Assembly: GCA_014239775.1 (NCBI GenBank)
Contig: JAAZYG010000005.1
Coordinates: 6,746-70,745, forward strand
Reading direction: 5' to 3'
DNA from: Candidatus Uhrbacteria bacterium
Lineage (GTDB): Bacteria; Patescibacteriota; Patescibacteriia; UBA9934; GWF2-40-263
Length of the DNA: 64,000 nucleotides
A model generated the notes under the pieces. The model was given only the letters and a program-made list of their open reading frames with translations, was not told where the DNA came from and searched no databases. Shown here one piece after another: positions 35,868 through 43,969 of this stretch. Both the position numbers and the translations under genes were made by a program. Every line of letters starts with the position of its first letter. Position 1 is the first letter of the stretch.

Positions 35868-35878
35868 AAAAATTACTT

Positions 35879-37117
35879 CTATTGTGTCACATCAGTTTCT
35901 TTCTCTCTGAGCAAATAATCAGATGGCTCATAAACATTACGTGCGTTCCACAGAATCCAACCAGATGCACCTGCGTCACGTGCAGCCCTAATCTGATCTT
36001 CTATAAGCACTGACGTATAAACTGCGCCTATATCAAAATCCTGTAGCCAGGGTCTAAATGACCTACGAACCTCTTTCTCTGTACCTGCATAAATACCTAA
36101 CACCCTTTTAACACCTTCATCAATTGACATCTTTACTATTGGATACGGAGTTTGTGCGGGATTTGAATATCCCTCAAAACCATTAGGGAAATGTGATGGA
36201 TAAACCATGGCAGAAGTCCAATCTGAATATGGAAATACATCAACCAAACGTTGACCTATATTAAAATCATCATATGACCAATACGTCATTCCAAACAGGT
36301 CAAAAGATACTGGTATACCCTCTTTTTTCATTGCACCACCAACTTTTTTAAAAAACTCTTGCATTATAGATACTTTTGTTTGTATACGATCATAAACAGG
36401 ATAAATAATTGCACTTATGGCTCCATCTGATGCAAAACGTACATAATCAAACTGCACCTCATCAAAACCTCTTGAATAAGCCTCTTTAGCTAGTGCAATC
36501 GCATAATCAGACACTTCACCAGCTGCTGGGTCTATCCAAACAGAACCAATATTGTCATACCAAAATCGTCCACTTGCAGATTTCAACGCAATCTCTGGAT
36601 GCACCTTTGCAAAAGCAGCATCACGCATAACTGGAATCCTGGCGATTCTATAAATATTTTTTTCATGCAATTCCTTAAGCAACCCATCCAAATCAGTGAT
36701 TGCTAATTTTTTTTGTGTATAAACCCTTAATTCCTCATCACTTGGTTCAAACGCAAGCTCTCCATTATCCATTTTTAAATCAATGACAGCAGTATTTAAA
36801 CCTGATTCAATCATGTAATCCAATAACTGTTTACCTTGTTGTGAACCAGCAGAATATGCAGTCCAATAAATACCCCGAACCTCATCTGGTAAATCAACTC
36901 TATTAATCTGAATATCAAGGCTTTCTTCTGATGTAGTATCTTTAGCCACATCAACCACTGCTTTTAGTCTTGGTTCTGATGATGTGTTCACATTATTTCT
37001 ATTACCAACTGAGAAAGCCCCTAATACAAATGGAATAAGAACCGTTACAACTAAAAACACGGGCACAAAATATATGTACCCATGTTTATCTTTTTTTTCT
37101 TTTGGGGACTCATCCAT
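35879..37117 (-). CDS. membrane-anchored putative glycoside-hydrolase-like TIM-barrel protein
   Basis: N-terminal TM helix. GIYWTAYSAGS ... LNTAVIDLKMDNGELAF ... DEVQFDYVRF resembles GHL/DUF4015-type proteins (recollection). Confidence 0.45.
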   Translation of the reverse strand: MDESPKEKKDKHGYIYFVPVFLVVTVLIPFVLGAFSVGNRNNVNTSSEPRLKAVVDVAKDTTSEESLDIQINRVDLPDEVRGIYWTAYSAGSQQGKQLLDYMIESGLNTAVIDLKMDNGELAFEPSDEELRVYTQKKLAITDLDGLLKELHEKNIYRIARIPVMRDAAFAKVHPEIALKSASGRFWYDNIGSVWIDPAAGEVSDYAIALAKEAYSRGFDEVQFDYVRFASDGAISAIIYPVYDRIQTKVSIMQEFFKKVGGAMKKEGIPVSFDLFGMTYWSYDDFNIGQRLVDVFPYSDWTSAMVYPSHFPNGFEGYSNPAQTPYPIVKMSIDEGVKRVLGIYAGTEKEVRRSFRPWLQDFDIGAVYTSVLIEDQIRAARDAGASGWILWNARNVYEPSDYLLREKETDVTQ

Positions 37118-37137
37118 ACCCCGTCATCCTATCACTA

Positions 37138-37779
37138 CTACTTATCTTCTACCAATACAGTGCTCATTATGTCACCAACCTGAATTTGATCAACAACATC
37201 CATACCTTCTAACACCTTACCAAAAATTGAATATGCCTTAGGTAACGGTGTGTCTCCTAACATTATAAAAAACTGTGAACCGTTTGTATTTGGACCACTA
37301 TTTGCCATTGCAACTATTCCACGATCATATCCATATTGATCATCTAGCTCATCTGCAAATGCATATCCTGGACCACCTGTTCCATTACCTGAAGGGTCAC
37401 CTCCTTGAATAACAAATCCCTCCTCTCTTCTGTGAAATGTTAAACTATTATAATAACCACCATTTGTTAAATATACGAAATTTGAAACAGTATTCGGTGC
37501 AGTTTCAGAAAACAACTCAAATACTATATCACCCTTGTTTGTTGTAATCTTTACTTTTTTATTAATAATTTCACTTTCATCTAACACTCCTTGAAATGTC
37601 CAATTTTCCATAACTTCTTCTTTTTCGGCATCGTTAAATTTATATGTTATCTCTTTTTCACCCTCCGAATCAGTAACAGCTGAATCCTTTGTTTCATCAA
37701 CTTCGTTATTCATTACAGAACATCCTGCACCTGTTAATACTAACCCTGTAACAAATAAACCTAAATAAAATCTTTTCAT
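37138..37779 (-). CDS. cyclophilin-type peptidyl-prolyl isomerase lipoprotein
   Basis: Lipobox LTGAGC. FHRREEGFVIQGGDP and ANSGPNTNGSQFFI. Confidence 0.9.
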   Translation of the reverse strand: MKRFYLGLFVTGLVLTGAGCSVMNNEVDETKDSAVTDSEGEKEITYKFNDAEKEEVMENWTFQGVLDESEIINKKVKITTNKGDIVFELFSETAPNTVSNFVYLTNGGYYNSLTFHRREEGFVIQGGDPSGNGTGGPGYAFADELDDQYGYDRGIVAMANSGPNTNGSQFFIMLGDTPLPKAYSIFGKVLEGMDVVDQIQVGDIMSTVLVEDK

Positions 37780-37805
37780 ACGCTGCCATTATTGTAATTA
37801 AATAA

Positions 37806-38174
37806 TTAAATGTACAATAATGAATTAACAAATAAATTAGATAAAAGCAAGCCTGATAATACAGCAGCTGATATACCGAGTACAGCAACAACTCTTTTTG
37901 CTTTAAATGGAAGGTGTTCGCAATTAGAACATCCAGCCATATAAACAACCCTACAAGATACCTCAGGATCTTTTGAGTTTGATTTGATGTCCTTTAATAT
38001 TACCTCTACGTTTGGTTCTACAATAACCTGAGACATAATTTTCTTCGCAGCAGGCTTCTTACGTGCGACTTTTTTTGTTGCTACTTTCTTAGCAGCTACT
38101 TTCTTCGCAGCAGGCTTCTTACGTGCGACTTTTTTTGTTGCTTTTTTGATTGATGTTTTCTTTTTTGTTGGCAT
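37806..38174 (-). CDS. Lys/Ala-rich (histone-H1-like) repeat protein with Cys cluster and C-terminal TM helix
   Basis: N-terminus KKVARKKPAAKKVAAKKVAT x2. Cys cluster CRVVYMAGCSNCEH. Tail VVAVLGISAAVLSGLLL. Confidence 0.55.
   Translation of the reverse strand: MPTKKKTSIKKATKKVARKKPAAKKVAAKKVATKKVARKKPAAKKIMSQVIVEPNVEVILKDIKSNSKDPEVSCRVVYMAGCSNCEHLPFKAKRVVAVLGISAAVLSGLLLSNLFVNSLLYI
38041..38142. repeat. 60-bp-period direct duplication (42-nt identical cores)
   Basis: 38041-38082 is identical to 38101-38142 (TTCTTCGCAGCAGGCTTCTTACGTGCGACTTTTTTTGTTGCT). Confidence 0.9.
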
Positions 38175-38248
38175 AACTCTCCTCTTAATTAATGAGCATT
38201 AAAACTTTTTTATATTATAACAAAATATTCTATTTCAGAAAAATATAA

Positions 38249-38698
38249 TTATTTAGACTTATACCCAATAGAAAATATTTTATTTTTTAACACACTTAGA
38301 TGTATAGAAATCACAGAACTATTAATTCCAAACACAGATGGTTGTACAATCCAACTCTTTAGATCTTCATCGAATGTATAAATAGCTAAATTTGAAATAC
38401 TAAATCCATCTAATATTAAATACTTCACATCAAACAACACATCTGCATTATAAGTTTCACCACCACCATCAACGTAAATATTATATATTGGTGAAATTAA
38501 TTTATCATCAACATATTTATCATCATAAATTTTTGATATTAAAACTTTACTTAAAATACTATTTACCTCAACATTATAATCTTCAGAAACTGATACATTA
38601 CGCTCCGGGACATGACTAGTTACGAAAATTATAGACCCAATAAAAATAAAAGCGACTATTGCCGCAATTATAATGTTATTAACCCCCCTACGCTTCAT
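38249..38698 (-). CDS. hypothetical membrane-anchored protein
   Basis: 149 aa with N-terminal TM helix IIIAAIVAFIFIGSIIFV. Confidence 0.45.
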   Translation of the reverse strand: MKRRGVNNIIIAAIVAFIFIGSIIFVTSHVPERNVSVSEDYNVEVNSILSKVLISKIYDDKYVDDKLISPIYNIYVDGGGETYNADVLFDVKYLILDGFSISNLAIYTFDEDLKSWIVQPSVFGINSSVISIHLSVLKNKIFSIGYKSK

Positions 38699-38712
38699 AT
38701 ACTAAAATTGTA

Positions 38713-39759
38713 TCACACCTGAGACACTTCCCACGGAAAACCCTCTCTGCCAAAATGACCGTAAACAGCAGTTTGTCTGTAAATAGATTGTCTTAATCCT
38801 AAACGTTCAACTATGGCCTCTGGTCGAAAATCAAACTTATCTTTTATTAAATTTGTTAAATCTGTTTTTGCACCTCGTGACTTTTCTGACATGCCTATAG
38901 CATGTATGTGAACTGGATCAGCTTGACCCATTGCGTACACAAGATTGATCATTGCACTCTTGCATAACTCTTGCTCAACTAGATATCTAGCGACATAACG
39001 AGCCATATATGCACCAGCCCTATCAACTCTCATAGGATCTTTACCGGATAAAGAAAAATCACCATGTGGAATTAAGCCGCCATACGTATCAACAGCAACT
39101 TTTGATCCACTAACACCGGAATCGGCTCTAAATCCAATAATTGTAAATGGCCCTAATGGATTAATTATAATTTTTAAACCATTATCACCTACAAGCGGCT
39201 CAATTAACCGCTCAAGAAGTGCTGTTTGTACATTTTTTTCAGTTACATTTAAATGATGTGAGGCCAATATTGTAATTGACTTTACTTCATTTTTTTCCAT
39301 TACAATCTGAACCTTTCCATCAGGTCTCAACCATGAAAAAGATGGGTCTATTTTTCTAAGATCATCAATTCTTCGTACAAAATTATGAGCAAATACAACC
39401 GGATGTGGCAACATTTCTCTTGTCTGTGATGTAGCATATCCATTTATAACTACATTATCTGTAACACCATTTTTAACACGCTTCATTTCTTCAGACTGAT
39501 CATCTACATTTACAAAAACCTCTATTTCATCTGTATAACCTATATCTCTATATACATTTTTTGCAAGCTCTCCAATATCAAAATCTGCGTCAGAATTAAC
39601 CTCACCGCCTATCATTAACATACCGTGACTGCCTAGTACATTAATATCTATACTTGCAGTTTTATCACGCTTTATGTATTCATCCACGATCGCATCAGCA
39701 ATTTGATCGCATACCTTGTCTGGATTACCAGACATGACTGATTCAAAAGATTTTCTCAT
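38713..39759 (-). CDS. metK: divergent S-adenosylmethionine synthetase homolog
   Basis: SFESVMSGNPDKVCDQIADAIVD, VDTYGG, SGKDPMRVDRAGAY and AVYGHFGRE align to MetK. Several canonical residues are changed (see finding). Confidence 0.75.
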   Translation of the reverse strand: MRKSFESVMSGNPDKVCDQIADAIVDEYIKRDKTASIDINVLGSHGMLMIGGEVNSDADFDIGELAKNVYRDIGYTDEIEVFVNVDDQSEEMKRVKNGVTDNVVINGYATSQTREMLPHPVVFAHNFVRRIDDLRKIDPSFSWLRPDGKVQIVMEKNEVKSITILASHHLNVTEKNVQTALLERLIEPLVGDNGLKIIINPLGPFTIIGFRADSGVSGSKVAVDTYGGLIPHGDFSLSGKDPMRVDRAGAYMARYVARYLVEQELCKSAMINLVYAMGQADPVHIHAIGMSEKSRGAKTDLTNLIKDKFDFRPEAIVERLGLRQSIYRQTAVYGHFGREGFPWEVSQV

Positions 39760-39846
39760 ATGTGTTAACGAATTTTATCACACTTACATATACACCAAAT
39801 TATTAAGTACACACTTAGTATATACAGTGTTATCCACACTGATATA

Positions 39847-39892
39847 TTGCGTTCGTTTTTTGTTCGGTCTATAATACGAACATAATACGAAC
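39847..39892 (+). promoter_or_regulatory. lexA promoter candidate overlapped by nested inverted repeats (candidate LexA operator)
   Basis: TTGCGT, 17 nt, TATAAT (39870-39875). GTTCG-6-GTTCG-10-CGAAC-6-CGAAC at 39851-39892, symmetric around the -10 hexamer. Confidence 0.5.
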
Positions 39893-39902
39893 ACATAAAC
39901 AT

Positions 39903-40517
39903 ATGCCTTATCTAACAAAGAAACAGACAGAGATACTTCGATACATAAAATCTCATCTGCAAGACAATGGATACGCTCCTTCCTACAGAGAAATCGGTGA
40001 GTATTTTGGTCTTTCTTCCCCAGCCACAATACACTCACACATTCAAACACTTGTTGAAAAAGGAGAAATTCAAATAGGTGAAGAAGGAGAGGCTAGATCA
40101 ATAGAATTGGTTCAATCAGAGCCATTTGCAATGGCTGTAATGCTTCCAATGGCAGGGCTTATTACCGCTGGAACACCAATAGAAGCTGTTGAACAAAATG
40201 AAGCGATGGCTGTACCTGCACAATTTGTAGTAGATGGAGCAAATTCCTATGTCCTACAAGTAAAAGGCAGGTCCATGATTGAAGATGGGATATTAGATGG
40301 AGATTTTGTTGTAATAGAAAGAAACCCATCTCCAAAAAATGGAGAAGTTGTTGTGGCATTATTAGATAATGCATACGCAACACTCAAACGATTCTACAGA
40401 GAAAAAAACCAAATTAGATTACAACCAGCAAATAGCTCAATGGATCCAATCTATGTACAAGATTGCATAATACAAGGAGTTGTACGTGCTGTAATAAGAA
40501 AATTTCAACCTGTGTAG
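39903..40517 (+). CDS. lexA: LexA repressor
   Basis: N-terminal wHTH (PSYREIGEYFGLSSPATIHSHIQTL), AG cleavage region, and S24 peptidase blocks VKGRSMIEDGI ... ATLKRF. Confidence 0.9.
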   Translation: MPYLTKKQTEILRYIKSHLQDNGYAPSYREIGEYFGLSSPATIHSHIQTLVEKGEIQIGEEGEARSIELVQSEPFAMAVMLPMAGLITAGTPIEAVEQNEAMAVPAQFVVDGANSYVLQVKGRSMIEDGILDGDFVVIERNPSPKNGEVVVALLDNAYATLKRFYREKNQIRLQPANSSMDPIYVQDCIIQGVVRAVIRKFQPV

Positions 40518-40789
40518 CATTAAATAAAAAATGAACTGTCGTCCGGCAAGACAATAACAGTTCATTTAACAAAACCACATACTATAAATAAAAATATGTA
40601 TACTAGCGGCTTTTAAATTATAAATAAAAAAAAATTAAATTTCAAATATGTCTACCCTATCAATAAAGTACTATCCAGCCACATTGTCATACCTAACACA
40701 CAGACGTGACAGACAGTTCTCAAAATCAATGAAACTTATAAAAATACGAGCTAGTAGAAGACAAATAAAAAAAATAATCCGAAGTATAT

Positions 40790-41038
40790 ATGCATGAAGT
40801 AATAAATGACCCAATTGATGTAATGGTTTCTTTTACTGAAAATAAAGTTATACCAAAACTATTTAAATGGAATAAACGAAATTATAAAATAGAAACTATT
40901 AATCTTGTGCACACAAAAATGGAAGGAAAGAAAAAAATATTCTACTTTTCCGTTTCTGACTTAACAAATTATTTTAAATTAAAACTAGATACAGATTGCC
41001 TAGAATGGCACTTAATCGAATTATACACAGATGGATAA
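40790..41038 (+). CDS. hypothetical 82-aa protein immediately upstream of dinB
   Basis: ORF MHEVINDPIDVMVSFTENKVIPKLFKWNKRNYKIETINL... lies 28 nt before dinB. Its position suggests an accessory factor of the Y-family polymerase. Confidence 0.5.
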   Translation: MHEVINDPIDVMVSFTENKVIPKLFKWNKRNYKIETINLVHTKMEGKKKIFYFSVSDLTNYFKLKLDTDCLEWHLIELYTDG

Positions 41039-41065
41039 ACAAATAAACCTAGACTAAAAGCATTT

Positions 41066-42271
41066 ATGAATAAAATTATCATGCACATTGATATGAATGC
41101 ATATTTTGCATCAGTAGAACAACAAGCTAATCCTTTTTTAAGAAATAAACCAATTGGTATTATTGGTAAAAATGAAAAAAGGTCCGTAATATCAGCAGCA
41201 TCATATCAAGCCAAACAACTTGGTGTTAAAACAGCAATGTCTACTTGGCAAGCAAAAAACATTTGCCCATCAATAATCTTATATCCGGGAGATCCTGATA
41301 AATATAAATACGTAATGAATAAATTTAATAATATCTTTAGTGAGTTTACAGATAAAATAGAGATATTTAGCATTGATGAAAGTTTTTTAGATATTACAGA
41401 TACTGCAGAAGATTATTTTGGGGCAATATTCCTAGCACAAACAATCAGAGAGCGCCTAAAAGAAGAATTAGGTGATTACATAACAGCATCTATAGGAATA
41501 AGCTCAAATAAACTAATGTCAAAATTATCATCAGAAAAAGTTAAACCAAATGGAATAACAGTTACAAGACCAAAAAATATAAAAAAAGTACTATTTAGCT
41601 CTGAACTTGAAGATTTGTGTGGATTAGGTAAAAACACAAAGCATAAATTAAATGAAATGGGTATATATAATTTTGAACAACTTAGCAAAACACCACTTTG
41701 GACCTTAAAAAAAGAATTTAAAAGCAAAGGATTATGGCTTTATAATTCCTCAAATGGAATAAAAAATGATGCTGATATAGAACCTGAAAATAATTCTGAA
41801 CAAAAATCAATAAGTAACACCAACACAATGCAGATAGATACACTTGATGAAAAAATATTAAAACAAAATTTATCTAAATTATCTGAAAAAACTGCATACA
41901 AATTAAGATCTATCAATGCAACATCTAAAACTCTAGTGCTAAAAATTAGGTTTGATGATTTTTCTAATTTTACACATCAAATAACCCTAAACAAAGGGAC
42001 TAATGATGGAATTATTATATTTAAAAATACATGGAACATGCTTTCTAAAAAAATAAATAATTCAAAAAAAATACGCCAAATAGGCATATCTGCAAAATCT
42101 CTACTTACGGGACAATGCCAACAATCAATATTTAAAAAGGATAGAAAAAATGAATCCGCACTTAATGCACTAGACAGTCTTCAAAAAAAATATGGAAAAA
42201 ACACATGGAAACGTGCATTAATTAATTCTACACAACTAAGTACAGTATCTAGTGGTTTCTATCATAAATAA
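41066..42271 (+). CDS. dinB: DNA polymerase IV (Y-family)
   Basis: IMHIDMNAYFASVEQ and FSIDESFLDIT (catalytic Asp/Glu). Little-finger-length C-terminus. Confidence 0.9.
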   Translation: MNKIIMHIDMNAYFASVEQQANPFLRNKPIGIIGKNEKRSVISAASYQAKQLGVKTAMSTWQAKNICPSIILYPGDPDKYKYVMNKFNNIFSEFTDKIEIFSIDESFLDITDTAEDYFGAIFLAQTIRERLKEELGDYITASIGISSNKLMSKLSSEKVKPNGITVTRPKNIKKVLFSSELEDLCGLGKNTKHKLNEMGIYNFEQLSKTPLWTLKKEFKSKGLWLYNSSNGIKNDADIEPENNSEQKSISNTNTMQIDTLDEKILKQNLSKLSEKTAYKLRSINATSKTLVLKIRFDDFSNFTHQITLNKGTNDGIIIFKNTWNMLSKKINNSKKIRQIGISAKSLLTGQCQQSIFKKDRKNESALNALDSLQKKYGKNTWKRALINSTQLSTVSSGFYHK

Positions 42272-42823
42272 TTATTTACCAAATTCACCCACTACAATAT
42301 GATTTTGTGGATCTGTGCTTCCATTGTATTTCTGTAACGTAATAACAACCTTTGCATAAGTAGAATAATTATCATCAACATCCTCTGCACCCCATTCAAT
42401 AACAAATTCCCCATCGTCATTGGTAACCATTTCACCAATTGAAATATACTTATATGGAAGCTGGCTTAATAACCAAACTTCATAAAAATATTCTTCTCTA
42501 TTAATTTCAGGTAATACAGACTTTATTTCCAAAAAATATTTTTTATCCTTTGTTCCACGCTTTGCCAATCCAATATCAGATCCATCCATATATAAAATTG
42601 CCTCAGATGATTCTGTGTCGATTGCACCACTAATTACGGCCTGAGAAATTGGATCAGGTTTTAGTATATTTATAATTGAATCAACATTAGATTCTTTTAT
42701 TGACTTAGACCCCCTAAACCACCTTACAGAAAAAATAAATATTATAAATAATACCAATACTATCAGCAATATAAATGTACTAGATTTAATTTTATTTTTA
42801 TTATTTCTATAATTTCTAGCCAT
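42272..42823 (-). CDS. hypothetical membrane-anchored protein
   Basis: N-terminal TM helix FILLIVLVLFIIFIF. The C-domain YFYEVWLLS... weakly recalls the anti-sigma-K RskA C-domain. Confidence 0.4.
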   Translation of the reverse strand: MARNYRNNKNKIKSSTFILLIVLVLFIIFIFSVRWFRGSKSIKESNVDSIINILKPDPISQAVISGAIDTESSEAILYMDGSDIGLAKRGTKDKKYFLEIKSVLPEINREEYFYEVWLLSQLPYKYISIGEMVTNDDGEFVIEWGAEDVDDNYSTYAKVVITLQKYNGSTDPQNHIVVGEFGK

Positions 42824-42829
42824 ATTTTA

Positions 42830-43969
42830 CTAATCAATAACCACAGCACGAGCCACAGTTTCTACAACAGCATTGTTTAACAATGAAGGAATTATCATGT
42901 TAGAATTTGGATTTTTTACCATAGCTGCCAAATTAAATGCTGCTGAAAGTCTTACGTCAGATGTTATTTTCTTGTGTTTTGAACCCATAACCCCCTTAAA
43001 TACACCAGGAAATACAAGTGCGTTGTTAATTTGATTAGGTAAATCCGAACGTCCAGTTGCAACAACAGCAGCCCCAGCTTCTTTTGCTGCTTGTGGATCA
43101 ATTTCAGGAACAGGGTTTGATAACGCAAATATAACAGGATCCACGTTCATACTTAAAACCATTTCCTTTGTAAGAATACTTGGCTTACTTACACCAATAA
43201 ATACATCTGAATTTTTAATTGCATCAATAAGTTTAACGGAAGGTTTTTTAGAATTTATTAAAATTGCAGTATCCTTCTTATATTTATTAAGGTCGCTTCT
43301 ATTAGTAGTTAATGTGCCGCGTGAATCAAGAATCTTTATTTTCTTGACACCGGCATTTAACAAAAGATTAGACACCCCAAGACCAGCAGCCCCAGCACCA
43401 GAAATTACCACAGAAATCTTATCTAGCTTTTTATCAACAACTTTTAAGGCATTAATCAAACCGGCCAATACAACTATGGCGGTTCCATGCTGATCATCGT
43501 GCATAACAGGTATATCAAGCTCTTCGATAAGCCTTTCTTCTATTTCAAAACATCTTGGAGCAGATATATCTTCAAGATTTATACCTCCAAATCCTGGAGA
43601 AATGTTCTTAATTGTAAGAATAATTTCTTCAACATCTTGCGTATCTAAGCAGATTGGATACGCATCTATGTTTGCAAAATGTTTAAATAAGATAGCTTTA
43701 CCTTCCATAACAGGCAAAGCAGCTTCTGGCCCAATATTTCCAAGACCCAAAACTGACGAACCATCAGTTATAACGGCCACTGATCTATTTTTAATCGTTA
43801 ACTCATTCACCTTACTGGGATCAGAGGCAATAACTCTACAAGGCTCTGCCACACCTGGTGTATAGGCAACAGAAAGATCATCAAGATTACTTAATGGAAA
43901 TATAGATTTTATTTCCAATTTTCCTTTATGTTTCTGGTGTAGATCTAAAGACATCTTATCAAAATTCAT
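42830..43969 (-). CDS. NAD(P)-dependent malic enzyme (short form)
   Basis: HQKHKGKLEIKS, LSVAYTPGVAEPC, VITDGSSVLGLGNIG and ISGAGAAG. Confidence 0.9.
   Translation of the reverse strand: MNFDKMSLDLHQKHKGKLEIKSIFPLSNLDDLSVAYTPGVAEPCRVIASDPSKVNELTIKNRSVAVITDGSSVLGLGNIGPEAALPVMEGKAILFKHFANIDAYPICLDTQDVEEIILTIKNISPGFGGINLEDISAPRCFEIEERLIEELDIPVMHDDQHGTAIVVLAGLINALKVVDKKLDKISVVISGAGAAGLGVSNLLLNAGVKKIKILDSRGTLTTNRSDLNKYKKDTAILINSKKPSVKLIDAIKNSDVFIGVSKPSILTKEMVLSMNVDPVIFALSNPVPEIDPQAAKEAGAAVVATGRSDLPNQINNALVFPGVFKGVMGSKHKKITSDVRLSAAFNLAAMVKNPNSNMIIPSLLNNAVVETVARAVVID

Noticed and set aside
39830-39838. Perfect DnaA box TTATCCACA between metK and lexA
   Set aside because: It is a single isolated box with no cluster, AT-rich unwinding element or dnaA/dnaN nearby. 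This is insufficient for an origin call.
39784-40050. 88-aa minus-strand ORF overlapping the lexA promoter and 5' end
   Set aside because: It is antisense to a clearly real lexA gene, has no RBS and has a junk-like sequence.
40648-40797. 49-aa highly basic ORF overlapping the start of the 82-aa gene (ATGCATGA)
   Set aside because: It has no Shine-Dalgarno sequence and lies in an extremely AT-rich context where such ORFs arise by chance. It is mentioned in a finding but not annotated as a feature.
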